Below are positions 10,906 through 20,315 of a DNA stretch of 64,000 nt, piece after piece. Both the position numbers and the translations under genes were made by a program. The notes beneath the pieces are model-generated. The model was not told the DNA's origin. It saw only the letters and a program-made list of their open reading frames with translations, and did not search any database. The stretch is from Terracidiphilus sp. (GTDB lineage Bacteria; Acidobacteriota; Terriglobia; Terriglobales; Acidobacteriaceae): assembly GCA_035510955.1 (NCBI GenBank), contig DATKGE010000223.1:4199-68198 (forward strand). The letters are read 5' to 3'. Positions within the stretch are counted from its first letter, which is position 1, and each line of letters starts with the position of its first letter.

Positions 10906-11361
10906 ATGAGCCACGAAGGCATCCGGTTCGTCGAGAAAGACAGCGCCGCAAGGGAGATGCAGGAAAACCGCCCGCTGCCGCGCATCGCCGTCACGCCGGA
11001 GAAGGTCCGCGTGCTGCTCTCCGAGGGCAAGGGACTGGAGATCGACTGGGCCGACGGACACAAAAGCGCCTGGAGCTTTGCCTGGCTGCGCGAAGCCTGC
11101 CCCTGCGCCACCTGCAACGACGAGCGCGGCAAGGAAGGCCGCAAACCGGGCCAGGCCCGGCCAAAGCCCGCCGCCGTGCTGCCCATGTACACCCCGCCGC
11201 CCAAGCCGGCCAGCGCCCACGCCGTGGGCCGCTACGCCCTGCAGTTCAACTGGCTCGACGGCCACACCGCCGGCATTTACTCGTGGGAATATCTGCGCCG
11301 CGTGTGCCAGTGCCGCGAGTGCACGTTTGCGGCGGAAGAAGCCACCGGCACGCCGAACTAA
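10906..11361 (+). CDS. DUF971 / GBBH-like N-terminal domain protein
   Basis: I.WADGH, LREACPCA.C, VGRYALQFNW.DGH..GIYSWEYL. Confidence 0.88.
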   Translation: MSHEGIRFVEKDSAAREMQENRPLPRIAVTPEKVRVLLSEGKGLEIDWADGHKSAWSFAWLREACPCATCNDERGKEGRKPGQARPKPAAVLPMYTPPPKPASAHAVGRYALQFNWLDGHTAGIYSWEYLRRVCQCRECTFAAEEATGTPN

Positions 11362-11389
11362 TCTTGGTAGCCGCGAAGAATTGAGATCT

Positions 11390-11438
11390 GGGTGCCCCAC
11401 CTTCGCTGCGTCTTTGTTTTCTTGCGGCTAAGGTGGGA
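11390..11438 (+). repeat. REP-like element family A copy 2
   Basis: gggtgccccacctt...aaggtggga hairpin between convergent genes. Confidence 0.75.
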
Positions 11439-11499
11439 TGGCCCCTATTGCAGTTCCCGTCTCCGGCTGCCCTTGAATGCCGAGAGCTGCGACCTTACC

Positions 11500-12060
11500 T
11501 CAAGCGCCAATCACCATCTCCACTGCCTCTCCAGCGTTCCTCGCCACACGCAACAGTTCCCGGTTCCTGGACTTCAGGAACCCCGCCGCGACAGCACCGT
11601 CTAGAAAACGCAGCAGCCCATCCCAGTACCCGACCGAATTGATGAGAATGCAAGGCTTCGAGTGCAGCCGTAACTGCGCCCAAGTCACCACCTCCAACAG
11701 CTCTTCGAGCGTCCCATAGCCGCCGGGCAGAATCAGAAACGCATCGGCCAGCTCGGCCATCCGCGCCTTGCGCTCATGCATGGTGGAGACAAACTCGAGG
11801 CGGGTGAGACCTGCATGGGCAATCTCTTTGCCTGCAAGCACATCGGGCAGCACGCCGATCACCTCGGCGCCGCCGGCGAGAGCCGCATCGGCTACCGCGC
11901 CCATCAGCCCCGCGTTGGCCCCGCCGTACACCAGCCCCAGACTCGCCGAGGCGATTGCCGCACCTAGCGCCCGCGCCTCGGCCAGATAGGCAGGATCGTT
12001 TCCATCGGCCGATCCGCAGTAAACGGCCACGCGGCGCGGAGCCTTGCCGGTCAAAGTCAT
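11500..12060 (-). CDS. LOG family nucleotide phosphoribohydrolase (TIGR00730-like)
   Basis: VYCGS, LVYGG...GLMG, MHERK, PGGYGTLEE. Confidence 0.92.
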   Translation of the reverse strand: MTLTGKAPRRVAVYCGSADGNDPAYLAEARALGAAIASASLGLVYGGANAGLMGAVADAALAGGAEVIGVLPDVLAGKEIAHAGLTRLEFVSTMHERKARMAELADAFLILPGGYGTLEELLEVVTWAQLRLHSKPCILINSVGYWDGLLRFLDGAVAAGFLKSRNRELLRVARNAGEAVEMVIGA

Positions 12061-12145
12061 CGTGTCCCCAGAATATCTCGGGCAGGATATTTTGGCGCCC
12101 CTGACGGTACACTAGAAGAAGGAACCTTCACCCCTGGACCCGCCC

Positions 12146-15109
12146 GTGCCGCCGCTTATCGATAACCTGAATCCCGAACAGCGCGCCGCCGTCGAGACCA
12201 CGGAGGGTCCACTGCTGATCCTGGCCGGGGCCGGGTCGGGCAAAACCCGCGTCATCACCAGCCGCATTGCCTGGCTGATCCGCGAAAAAGGCGTCGCCCC
12301 CGATTCGATCCTCGCGGTGACTTTCACCAACAAGGCGGCCAGCGAGATGGCCGAACGCGTCGACCGTCTGCTGGGCCACTCGTCGCTGGCCAAGCCTTTG
12401 ATCGCCACCTTCCATTCCATGTGCGTGCGCATGCTGAGGCGCGACATTGAAGCCCTGAAAGTGGGAGGAGAAGGCCTGACGCGGTCGTTTGCCATCTTCG
12501 ACGAGAACGACCAGCAGGCCATCGTCAAGCAGGTGATGCGGAGGATGGGCCTGGACACCAAGCAGCTGACACCGCGCACCGTCCTGGGCCGCATCAGTTG
12601 GGCCAAGAACCACATGGTCGATCCGCAGGAGTATTACCTGGCCAGCAAGGATCCCAACAGCGAACGCATCGCCCACATCTACCAGAGCTACAAGGCCGAG
12701 CTGCGCAAGAACAATGCCCTCGACTTCGACGATCTGCTGCTCGAAGCCGTGCGCCTGCTCAAGGTCTCCGGCGAGGTGCGTGAGCGCTATCAGCGCAGGT
12801 ATAGATACTTACTTGTCGACGAGTATCAGGACACCAACCGGCCGCAATACGAGCTGATGAAGCTGCTTGCGAGCGAAGCCAAGAACGTCTGTGCCGTTGG
12901 TGACGAGGACCAGAGTATCTATTCCTGGCGCGGCGCGGATATTCGCAACATTCTGGAGTTCGAGAAGGACTTTCCCAACGCGCGAATCGTCAGGCTGGAG
13001 CAGAATTACCGGTCGACACAGATTATTCTGGAAGCGGCAGGAGCTGTTGTCGCCAACAACCTGCGCCGTAAAGGCAAGAAGCTGTGGACCGATCGCCAGG
13101 GCGGAAGCCTGATCGGCTACTACGAAGCGCCCGACGGCGAAAACGAAGCCCTGTTCATCGCCGACCGCATCCAGAAGTTCCTGCGCGAAGCCGGCGAGGG
13201 GGGCGGTGAGGCTCATTGCGCGGTTCTCTACCGCACAAACTCGCAGTCGCGGCTGGTGGAGGAGGCGCTGCGCCGCTATCACATCCGCTATACCATGGTG
13301 GGCGGCTTCAGCTTTTACGAGCGCGCAGAGATCAAGGACCTGCTCGGCTACCTGCGCCTGGTGCGCAACCCGCACGACTCCATGGCTCTGAACCGGGTCA
13401 TCAACACCCCAGCGCGCGGCATCGGCAAAACAACGCTGGAGACGCTGGAACGGCTGGCGTTGGAGACTGGCCAGTCCACCTGGGACGCACTCGGCGCGGC
13501 CCTCAAGAATCGACTGATTCCCAACCGCGCTCTGCAGGCTCTCGACTCTTTTCGCCAGCTCATCCTGGATGCCCAGGCCATGATGGACCCGGACTTTGCG
13601 GGGAAGCTTTCCGGCGACGTGGCGGCCGGCGATGAGGGCGAGACCGATACGAATTTTGGATTCGGCGCCGCGGAGCCTTCGGCGGAGGAGAACCGAGAAG
13701 TCGCCGATGTTCTCGAAGCGGCCACCGAATTCAACTTCGGCGGCAACGAGAACCAGCTCACACTGCTGAATGCCGCCAGCTTCTCGCCCTTCGCTGCGAC
13801 GTCCAAGCGGCCGTTTCTAAAAATGCCGAACAAACCCCTGGTGCCCCAGGTCTCCCTCCCCACAGACAAAGGCCCGTCTGCGGGGACCCCGGTCTCGAAC
13901 TTGGGACCTGGGTCTCCAATCCCACCCAACCCCGACTTCGAATCGGACGCGGAGGAAGTCGCGGCAAACGAGAAGGGCGAGAAGCCAGCCTTCCGCGCCC
14001 CCGGCGACGCCGCCACTCTCCCCGAGCTGATCCGCTTTATCATTGACCGAACGGGCTACATCAAGGCCTTGGAAACAGAAGGTTCCCCTGAAGCGTTCAG
14101 CCGCATTGAAAACCTGAAGGAACTGGCCAACGCCGCCCACGACGCCGAGGCCCGCGGCGAGACCCTGGCCGAGTTCCTCGACCATGCAGCGCTGGCCTCC
14201 GACACCGACCAGTTCGACCCCGAAGCGCGCGTCACCCTGATGACCCTGCACGCCGCCAAGGGACTCGAGTTCCCCCTCGTTTTCCTGGCCGGGTTGGAAG
14301 AGGGCCTGTTCCCCCACTCGCGCACCCTCAACAATCCCGAGGAGCTTGAAGAGGAGCGCCGACTGTGCTACGTGGGCATGACCCGGGCCATGAACACGCT
14401 GATCCTGACTCGCGCGCATTATCGCCGCCGCTACGGCAACGACGCTCCGGAGATGAGCATTCCTTCCCGCTTTCTTGAAGAAGTGCCCAATCAACTGGTC
14501 GAGAATTTAGGCGGCCGGGCACCGGCCTGGTCCACGCCGAGCTACAATTCGCGCGCCACCGGATATGGCTCGGGCCGCCGCCCCAGCCAGTTCAGCGAGT
14601 TCGCCGAGCAACACTACAACTATGAGGACGAGAGCCAGGAGGCCTTGGCGGCCGGCGAGAAGCGCTCCGGGCCGGGGGCGGGCAGTTCCCCGGCCAAGCC
14701 TTTCGTCGCCTCGTGGATGGCGGCCAAGACCAAAGCGGCGACCCACAACCCTGAACCCAACCAGGCCTCGGTCAGAGCGGAGTCCAGTCCGAGAAGTGAA
14801 AGCCAGGACGGCCACTCCATCGACAATATTGCCCGGTTTTTCGGCGGCAAAACCGGAGCCGTCAAGACCGGGCCCGTCAAGCCCGGCGCTTTCCCGCGTC
14901 CGGCATCGTCTCGTCCGCCCATGGACATTCCCGCTCCGACTGGCGCCGCCAACCTCAAAAAGGGCCAGCGCGTTCGCCACGCGAAGTATGGCGAAGGGAC
15001 CATCCTGATGCGCGAAGGCGACGGGGAAGACGCCAAGCTCACCGTGCTCTTCACTCGCCACGGGATGAAAAAGCTGATGGAGAAATTCGCCAACCTGCAG
15101 AAGCTTTAA
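12146..15109 (+). CDS. pcrA: UvrD/PcrA superfamily 1 DNA helicase with a long insertion in the 2B region
   Basis: AGAGSGKT, DEYQDTN, VGDEDQSIYSWRGA, TLHAAKGLEFP, EERRLCYVGMTRA, C-terminal Tudor-like G.RVRH.KYG.G. Confidence 0.95.
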   Translation: MPPLIDNLNPEQRAAVETTEGPLLILAGAGSGKTRVITSRIAWLIREKGVAPDSILAVTFTNKAASEMAERVDRLLGHSSLAKPLIATFHSMCVRMLRRDIEALKVGGEGLTRSFAIFDENDQQAIVKQVMRRMGLDTKQLTPRTVLGRISWAKNHMVDPQEYYLASKDPNSERIAHIYQSYKAELRKNNALDFDDLLLEAVRLLKVSGEVRERYQRRYRYLLVDEYQDTNRPQYELMKLLASEAKNVCAVGDEDQSIYSWRGADIRNILEFEKDFPNARIVRLEQNYRSTQIILEAAGAVVANNLRRKGKKLWTDRQGGSLIGYYEAPDGENEALFIADRIQKFLREAGEGGGEAHCAVLYRTNSQSRLVEEALRRYHIRYTMVGGFSFYERAEIKDLLGYLRLVRNPHDSMALNRVINTPARGIGKTTLETLERLALETGQSTWDALGAALKNRLIPNRALQALDSFRQLILDAQAMMDPDFAGKLSGDVAAGDEGETDTNFGFGAAEPSAEENREVADVLEAATEFNFGGNENQLTLLNAASFSPFAATSKRPFLKMPNKPLVPQVSLPTDKGPSAGTPVSNLGPGSPIPPNPDFESDAEEVAANEKGEKPAFRAPGDAATLPELIRFIIDRTGYIKALETEGSPEAFSRIENLKELANAAHDAEARGETLAEFLDHAALASDTDQFDPEARVTLMTLHAAKGLEFPLVFLAGLEEGLFPHSRTLNNPEELEEERRLCYVGMTRAMNTLILTRAHYRRRYGNDAPEMSIPSRFLEEVPNQLVENLGGRAPAWSTPSYNSRATGYGSGRRPSQFSEFAEQHYNYEDESQEALAAGEKRSGPGAGSSPAKPFVASWMAAKTKAATHNPEPNQASVRAESSPRSESQDGHSIDNIARFFGGKTGAVKTGPVKPGAFPRPASSRPPMDIPAPTGAANLKKGQRVRHAKYGEGTILMREGDGEDAKLTVLFTRHGMKKLMEKFANLQKL
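13840..13912 (+). repeat. Family A REP copy inside the pcrA coding sequence, with a nested 36-bp inverted element flanked by GGTCTC direct repeats
   Basis: ggtgcccca GGTCTC [cctccccacagacaaaggcccgtctgcggggacccc] GGTCTC gaactt gggacc tggg; translated in frame as VPQVSLPTDKGPSAGTPVSNLGPG. Confidence 0.8.
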
Positions 15110-15240
15110 CCATTTCTGCCCATTGCTGCGAGCCGTCGGGAACGGGACGGGCGAGCCCGAATTGCCCCTGCCAAACAGGTGAGAGCTCGCCTGGCCTCTT
15201 CATCCTGCTACGCATTTCTGACGATCCACTTGCGAATCCA

Positions 15241-15249
15241 TGCTATAAT
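15241..15249 (+). promoter_or_regulatory. Extended -10 promoter of cspA
   Basis: TGcTATAAT about 105 nt upstream of the ATG, giving the long 5'UTR typical of csp genes. Confidence 0.7.
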
Positions 15250-15355
15250 CTGTTCAATCGTAGAATTCGATCTGAAGTTCTTGCCTGTTCCGGTTACCGC
15301 CTACTCGCAAACTTCCACATTGCGTTCGCGGTAAATCAGCAAGGAGTAACACACA

Positions 15356-15556
15356 ATGGAACAGGGTACCGTCAAGTGGTTTAATGATGCCAAGGGTTTT
15401 GGATTTCTGAGCCGTGAAAACGGCGAGGACGTCTTCGTCCACCACACCGCCATTCAGTCGAACGGCTTCCGTTCACTGCAGGAAGGCCAACGCGTTCAGT
15501 TCAACGTGACCAAGGGCCCCAAGGGCTGGCAGGCTGAGAACGTTCAGGTTGTCTAA
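15356..15556 (+). CDS. cspA: Cold-shock protein
   Basis: [14 protein letters not shown] (RNP1), DVFVH (RNP2); AAGGAG RBS. Confidence 0.97.
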   Translation: MEQGTVKWFNDAKGFGFLSRENGEDVFVHHTAIQSNGFRSLQEGQRVQFNVTKGPKGWQAENVQVV

Positions 15557-15607
15557 ATCCGGCCGTCTAAGGCTTAACGCCTTGGGCGAACAGTTCGGAA
15601 TCAACAC

Positions 15608-15641
15608 AAAAGAGGGACGGCAAAGCTGCCGTCCCTCTTTT
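15608..15641. terminator. Bidirectional intrinsic terminator
   Basis: aaaagagggacggca-aagc-tgccgtccctctttt. Confidence 0.9.
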
Positions 15642-15731
15642 GCTTCTATAGGCAAAATCGAATCTTCCTGATGGAATCAGAGAGCCATTCGGAAGCTGAA
15701 CCCCAATCTCCGACAACGGATCTCTGCGCAG

Positions 15732-15956
15732 CTATGCCGCCGGCTTGAGGCTTTTCACGCTGACCTGCGGCGCTGCGGGGTGGAGACTTTCCCTGGGAGT
15801 TTCGTGGGTGCCAAGGTACTGCAGCACATCGTTAATCGAATCTTCAAAGCGCGCGCCGGTCTTGTGGGTAGCTTTCACGCCCTTGGCCACAAGCTGGCAC
15901 ACTTCAAAGCGGTTCATTCCCTGCGCAAGTGCGCGGTGAATTTTATCGGAACGCAT
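15732..15956 (-). CDS. Small protein resembling RNA polymerase omega subunit (omega-like paralog)
   Basis: MRSDKIHRAL..MNRFEVCQLVAKGVK.. resembles the omega NRF.L...a.kRa motif; 74 aa from ATG 15956. Confidence 0.6.
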   Translation of the reverse strand: MRSDKIHRALAQGMNRFEVCQLVAKGVKATHKTGARFEDSINDVLQYLGTHETPRESLHPAAPQVSVKSLKPAA

Positions 15957-16239
15957 GTAGAACTCCGGCAAACAGAGTGCGAGTGGAATAACGCGTGGGT
16001 TGCGGAGCTCGTCAGAAGCGGTCGATCGGCCGGAGTCGAGCAGGCTGGTTTCTTCCAGGATGCGTGTCTGTTTCCATTGTACGCTGGAAACGGCTCCGAT
16101 GCCGCTCAAGAATCCATCGGAAAGGCTCGATTCATGCGGACTTGCCGCTTTCGCCAGGGCAAATTCCCTGTTATCCTATACATCTTATCGACCCTATCGA
16201 CGGGAAATTCAGAGAAGATTGCTGTGAAAGAGGTTATAC

Positions 16240-16395
16240 GTGGCAGACACCACCAAAGTTGAAGACAAGCTGGAACGCAAGAAACTAAAACGCGCCGCCC
16301 GCAAGAAGGCCGCTCCTAAGGCCAAGCGCACAGGGGCGCGCGGAGAGAAGAAGAAGAAGGTCAAGAAGCTGGCTCGCGGCGTGTCGAAGCGCTAA
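16240..16395 (+). CDS. 51-aa highly basic small protein (absent from ORF track)
   Basis: GAGG RBS + GTG; MADTTKVEDKLERKKLKRAARKKAAPKAKRTGARGEKKKKVKKLARGVSKR*; followed by its own terminator. Confidence 0.8.
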   Translation: MADTTKVEDKLERKKLKRAARKKAAPKAKRTGARGEKKKKVKKLARGVSKR

Positions 16396-16417
16396 GCTCC
16401 GGCTTTGCGATCAATTG

Positions 16418-16464
16418 AGGGTTCCGGCGTCATCCCCAGGGATGGCGCACTCGGAACCCTTTTT
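16418..16464 (+). terminator. Intrinsic terminator
   Basis: agggttccg...cggaaccct stem with inner gcgtcatccc/gggatggcgc stem, then a T run. Confidence 0.85.
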
Positions 16465-16673
16465 ATTTACAATCCCTGCCGCCTCCCTGCATGCAGGTCC
16501 TAGCAGAGTTCCCTATAAGGACAGCCGGCCGCGGGTTGCGCATTACCAGCTTACGATGTTTGTTTCCAACAGGGGAACCTCATCCTGTACACTGCGGCGA
16601 AGGCATCCTGAACCACCAGAAGGTCCCGCTGCCGGCGGAAGCCGGCAATTGACAGTGCCCCGCAATCCATCGG

Positions 16674-18260
16674 ATGAGGAAAACTGCCCTGCCCAGCCAA
16701 CTGCTTGCCCGGAAGTCGATCGATAAGCTGATCCGGGACTCGGAAGAACCCGAGCATGCATTGAAAAAGACCCTCGGCCCGTGGTCGCTGACCGCGCTCG
16801 GCATTGGGGCCGTGATTGGCTCGGGCATCTTCACCGTTATTGGCACGGCAATCTCCGGCGAGCAGTTCGACACCTCCAGCGTGCTGAACACACCGCTGGC
16901 CAGCTACCTGATCACCCATACCGCGTTGGCTGGACGTCCGGGCGCCGGGCCGGCCATTGCGCTTTCGCTGGTGCTGGTGGCCTTTGTCTGCGCGCTTACG
17001 GGGCTGTGCTACGCCGAACTGGCATCCATGATTCCCATTGCCGGTTCGGCCTATACCTACACTTACGCCACCATGGGCGAATTGATCGCCTGGATCATTG
17101 GCTGGGACCTGATCCTGGAGTATGCGGGCTCCAATATGACGGTCAGCGTTGGCTTTGCCGCGCACGTGGTGGACCTGCTGGACTGGTTCGGACTGCATCC
17201 CTCAGCCACGTGGATCTCGCCCGCCTACCTTCCTGAGGGGCTGCAGGATTTGGGCGGCAACTGGCTCTATCATCCCGGATGGCATTTCGGCTTCAACATT
17301 CCCGCATTCCTCGTGGTCCTGTTGCTCACCGTCGTCCTGGTGCGCGGCATTCGCGAGTCGGCCTCGACGAACAACATGATGGTGGGCATCAAGCTGGTCG
17401 CCATTCTGATCTTCGTCTCCGCCGCCATCAGCTTTATCCATCCCAACAACTGGCATCCCTTCATGCCAAATGGCATCTCCGGCGTCCTCACTGGCGGATC
17501 CATCATTTTCTTCACCTACATTGGATTCGACTCAGTCTCGACCGCGGCCGAGGAGTGCCGGCATCCGCAGCGCGATCTGCCTATCGGCATCATCGCTACG
17601 CTGATCGTTTGCACTGTGCTTTACGTGGCTGTCGCCGTCTGCCTCACTGGCCTGGTGCCGTGGCAATCGATGGTGGGCGATGCGGCCCCGGTGGTGAACG
17701 CGCTCAAGAAGCTGTCCGTCCTTCCCGGCGGACATTCCCTGCACTGGATCCGGCTGGTGGTCCTGTTTGGCGCCATCATGGGCATGCTATCCAGCCTGCT
17801 GGTTTACCAGCTCGGCCAGTCGCGGGTCTGGTTCTCCATGTCCAGAGACGGCCTGTTGCCCAAGGTCTTCTCGAACGTGCATCCGGTGTTTCGCACGCCG
17901 GCTTTTTCCACCTGGGTTGCGGGGTTTGTGGTGGCCATCCCTTCCGGACTTTTCGACATTGGCACGCTGGCCGATCTGTCAAACATTGGAACGCTATTCG
18001 CCTTCGTGCTGGTCTCGGTGGGCGTGATCGTGCTGCGTTATCGCGAGCCGGAACGGCGTCGGGGATTCCGAGTTCCCTGCGGCCCGATTATTCCCGCGCT
18101 CAGCGTGCTCTTCTGCTTTCTTCTTATGGCCGGACTGCCCATCATCACCTGGATGCGTTTTCTCATCTGGCTGGCCATCGGGCTGGTGATTTACTTCTTC
18201 TACAGCCGCCACCGGTCCGAATTCGCTCGAACCCGGTTCGCCAAACCCAGTAAACTTTAA
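16674..18260 (+). CDS. APC family amino acid permease
   Basis: GIGAVIGSGIF, CYAELASMIP.AGSAYTY, IGWDLILEY, FF.YIGFD. Confidence 0.93.
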   Translation: MRKTALPSQLLARKSIDKLIRDSEEPEHALKKTLGPWSLTALGIGAVIGSGIFTVIGTAISGEQFDTSSVLNTPLASYLITHTALAGRPGAGPAIALSLVLVAFVCALTGLCYAELASMIPIAGSAYTYTYATMGELIAWIIGWDLILEYAGSNMTVSVGFAAHVVDLLDWFGLHPSATWISPAYLPEGLQDLGGNWLYHPGWHFGFNIPAFLVVLLLTVVLVRGIRESASTNNMMVGIKLVAILIFVSAAISFIHPNNWHPFMPNGISGVLTGGSIIFFTYIGFDSVSTAAEECRHPQRDLPIGIIATLIVCTVLYVAVAVCLTGLVPWQSMVGDAAPVVNALKKLSVLPGGHSLHWIRLVVLFGAIMGMLSSLLVYQLGQSRVWFSMSRDGLLPKVFSNVHPVFRTPAFSTWVAGFVVAIPSGLFDIGTLADLSNIGTLFAFVLVSVGVIVLRYREPERRRGFRVPCGPIIPALSVLFCFLLMAGLPIITWMRFLIWLAIGLVIYFFYSRHRSEFARTRFAKPSKL

Positions 18261-18262
18261 AG

Positions 18263-19279
18263 ATGTCGGACATAGAAGACTTCATCCGCCGGGTGCCCAA
18301 AGCCGAGCTGCATCTGCACCTCGAAGGCACCATCCTGCCCGCCACGCTGGTGGAGCTGAGCGCCCGCCACGATGGAATCCCGCTGACGCTGGCTGAGGCC
18401 GAGGCGCTCTACCGCTTCGACGACTTCACCTCGTTCATTGAGAGCTTCAAAGCAGTCACCCGGCGCCTGATCAGCCCGGAAGATTACGACCTCGTCGCCT
18501 GGCGGATGATCGAACAGCTGGCCGCGCAGGGCGTGGTCCACGCCGAAGTCTACATCTCGGTTGGCGTCATCTATATGTGGCGCAACTTTGACCCGCGCGC
18601 CTTCGAGCCCATCTTTGCCGGGCTGGAGCGAGCCCGCGAGCGGGGCGAACGCGAGCTGGGGCTGTCGCTCTTTTGGATCTTCGATGCCGTGCGGCATTTT
18701 ACGGTGGAGGAAGCCGACCGCGTCTTCCGCAAGGCGGCCGAGATGCGGCCTCACTATCCTTCGATCGTCGGCATCGGCCTCGGCGGCGACGAGCGCAGGG
18801 CCGGCTCCGAACCCTTTCGTGCTCTGTATGACCGCGCCGCGCGGGCCGGGCTGCGGCTGACCAACCACGCCGGCGAAACCACCGGCCCTGAAGCCATCTG
18901 GGAAGCGCTCGGTATTGGCTCGGAGCGGATCGGGCATGCCTTTTCCGCGATCGACGATCCGGACCTGATGCATGAATTGAAAGTGCGCTGCACGGCGCTG
19001 GAGCTGAACCCGACCTCGAACGTTCGCACCGGGGTTTGCGCGTCGTTTGCCGAACACCCGCTGCGCAGCTATTTCGACGCAGGCTTGCTGGTCACACTCA
19101 ACTCCGACGACCCGGCTTTCTTCGGCTCCGATCTGGCGAATGAATACCGCCTGGCGCACACGGTGCAGGAATTTACGCGCGAGGAACTGCGGCAACTGGC
19201 GGCAAACTCCATCCGTGCCAGCTTTCTTCCCAATTCGACCAAGTCCGCATGGATCACCCGAATCGAGGCCGTGCAGTAG
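18263..19279 (+). CDS. add: Adenosine/adenine deaminase
   Basis: PKAELHLHLEG, HAGE, RIGH, NSDDPAFF. Confidence 0.92.
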   Translation: MSDIEDFIRRVPKAELHLHLEGTILPATLVELSARHDGIPLTLAEAEALYRFDDFTSFIESFKAVTRRLISPEDYDLVAWRMIEQLAAQGVVHAEVYISVGVIYMWRNFDPRAFEPIFAGLERARERGERELGLSLFWIFDAVRHFTVEEADRVFRKAAEMRPHYPSIVGIGLGGDERRAGSEPFRALYDRAARAGLRLTNHAGETTGPEAIWEALGIGSERIGHAFSAIDDPDLMHELKVRCTALELNPTSNVRTGVCASFAEHPLRSYFDAGLLVTLNSDDPAFFGSDLANEYRLAHTVQEFTREELRQLAANSIRASFLPNSTKSAWITRIEAVQ

Positions 19280-19365
19280 ACAAAAGTGGTAGGCTCACCT
19301 TCGACCCCGCGCACCAGTCCAAAGAAAACTGGGTTATCATGTTCGTGTAAGGAGGCTGCAGGACC

Positions 19366-19599
19366 ATGTCCACTGAACCTGAAGATTTTCCGTCCGAAGA
19401 AGAGATCGCCCAAGAAACGCGAGAGAGCAATACTCTCCGCGTGATTGGCTGGTTCTCCGTGGGAATGGCTGTGGCCGCGCTGGGTATCTACCTGGGCAGC
19501 GAGTTGCGCAGCCGTTACAAGTTCAAGCGCCGTACCCCTTACGACTTCTACGCGAACGCCGGCGAACAACAGGCCAGCGAGTTTGGGATGGGCATCTAA
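19366..19599 (+). CDS. Small single-TM hypothetical protein
   Basis: AGGAGG RBS, acidic N-terminus, one TM helix, downstream terminator. Confidence 0.75.
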   Translation: MSTEPEDFPSEEEIAQETRESNTLRVIGWFSVGMAVAALGIYLGSELRSRYKFKRRTPYDFYANAGEQQASEFGMGI

Positions 19600-19624
19600 G
19601 ACGACGCGCTTGATGGAGATTGAG

Positions 19625-19649
19625 AAATGCCGCCCAGGGGCGGCATTTT
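19625..19649 (+). terminator. Intrinsic terminator
   Basis: aaatgccgccc-ag-gggcggcatttt. Confidence 0.8.
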
Positions 19650-19733
19650 ACTTTTGGGCTTCATGTGGCATTTTGACTGCGACCGATTCACGCCATCGGA
19701 CGAAGACGGGGGCTCGGCCAAGGGTTCCCACAA

Positions 19734-19771
19734 CAAAACGAAGAGGGCATCCGCCCTGACGGATACCCTCT
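19734..19771 (-). terminator. Intrinsic terminator of the 19816-20211 gene
   Basis: agagggcatccg/cggataccctct stem followed by a T-rich tail on the minus strand. Confidence 0.65.
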
Positions 19772-19815
19772 ATTGTTGCCTTGTGATTGCGCTCAAGTGA
19801 AACTCAAGGCTCCGC

Positions 19816-20211
19816 TCAGAGCCCTGGCATTGCCTGCGGAGACAGATCCTCGGTGTTCCGCTTCTTCTTGTCCAGTCTGTTCGTGACGAACGGCCCGTAC
19901 TGAACCGATTGCAAGACATGCGTCTCGCCCTGTCCCGCGAATTTGAGAATCACGCGGTCGCCGTGGGTTGCGCCCGGATTGGCAAGCCAAACGAAACTCT
20001 GCGACGCATCTTTGCCTTGAAACCTGAGGAAGTTCCCTGAACTATCCCGCTGAACCGAATACGTGCCGGCAGGAAGGCTTTGACCGCCAACTGTGAAGCT
20101 GAAGGGGACGTTGAGTGTTGTTGACGTTTCGGCCTCTGCGGGAACGGTGGCCAGCGCTACTGCCGCCAATGCCGCCGACGCCAGAAAGAGAGTGCTGAAT
20201 TTGGATCGCAT
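19816..20211 (-). CDS. Secreted beta-rich hypothetical protein
   Basis: Signal peptide (A-E-A), VPF.FTVGG..LPAG.Y.V motif, AGGAGG RBS. Confidence 0.85.
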   Translation of the reverse strand: MRSKFSTLFLASAALAAVALATVPAEAETSTTLNVPFSFTVGGQSLPAGTYSVQRDSSGNFLRFQGKDASQSFVWLANPGATHGDRVILKFAGQGETHVLQSVQYGPFVTNRLDKKKRNTEDLSPQAMPGL

Positions 20212-20263
20212 GGGTGTGACCTCCTGCCTATGGAAACCACACTAGCGACTCCCAAAAATAAAG

Positions 20264-20295
20264 TCGTCAAGCTCATGTCCAGAAATCGTCAAGCT
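20264..20295 (-). promoter_or_regulatory. 10-bp direct repeat (TCGTCAAGCT x2, 22-bp period), candidate winged-helix regulator site
   Basis: Copies at 20264-20273 and 20286-20295, upstream of the secreted-protein gene and just downstream of the wHTH regulator. Confidence 0.55.
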
Positions 20296-20315
20296 TTTCC
20301 GATGGCTTCGCAGCG

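Noticed and set aside
16465-16673. Riboswitch in the leader of the amino acid permease (also checked 25420-25626 and 41680-41840)
   Set aside because: Only generic hairpins were found, with no recognisable aptamer consensus; an Rfam cmscan would be decisive
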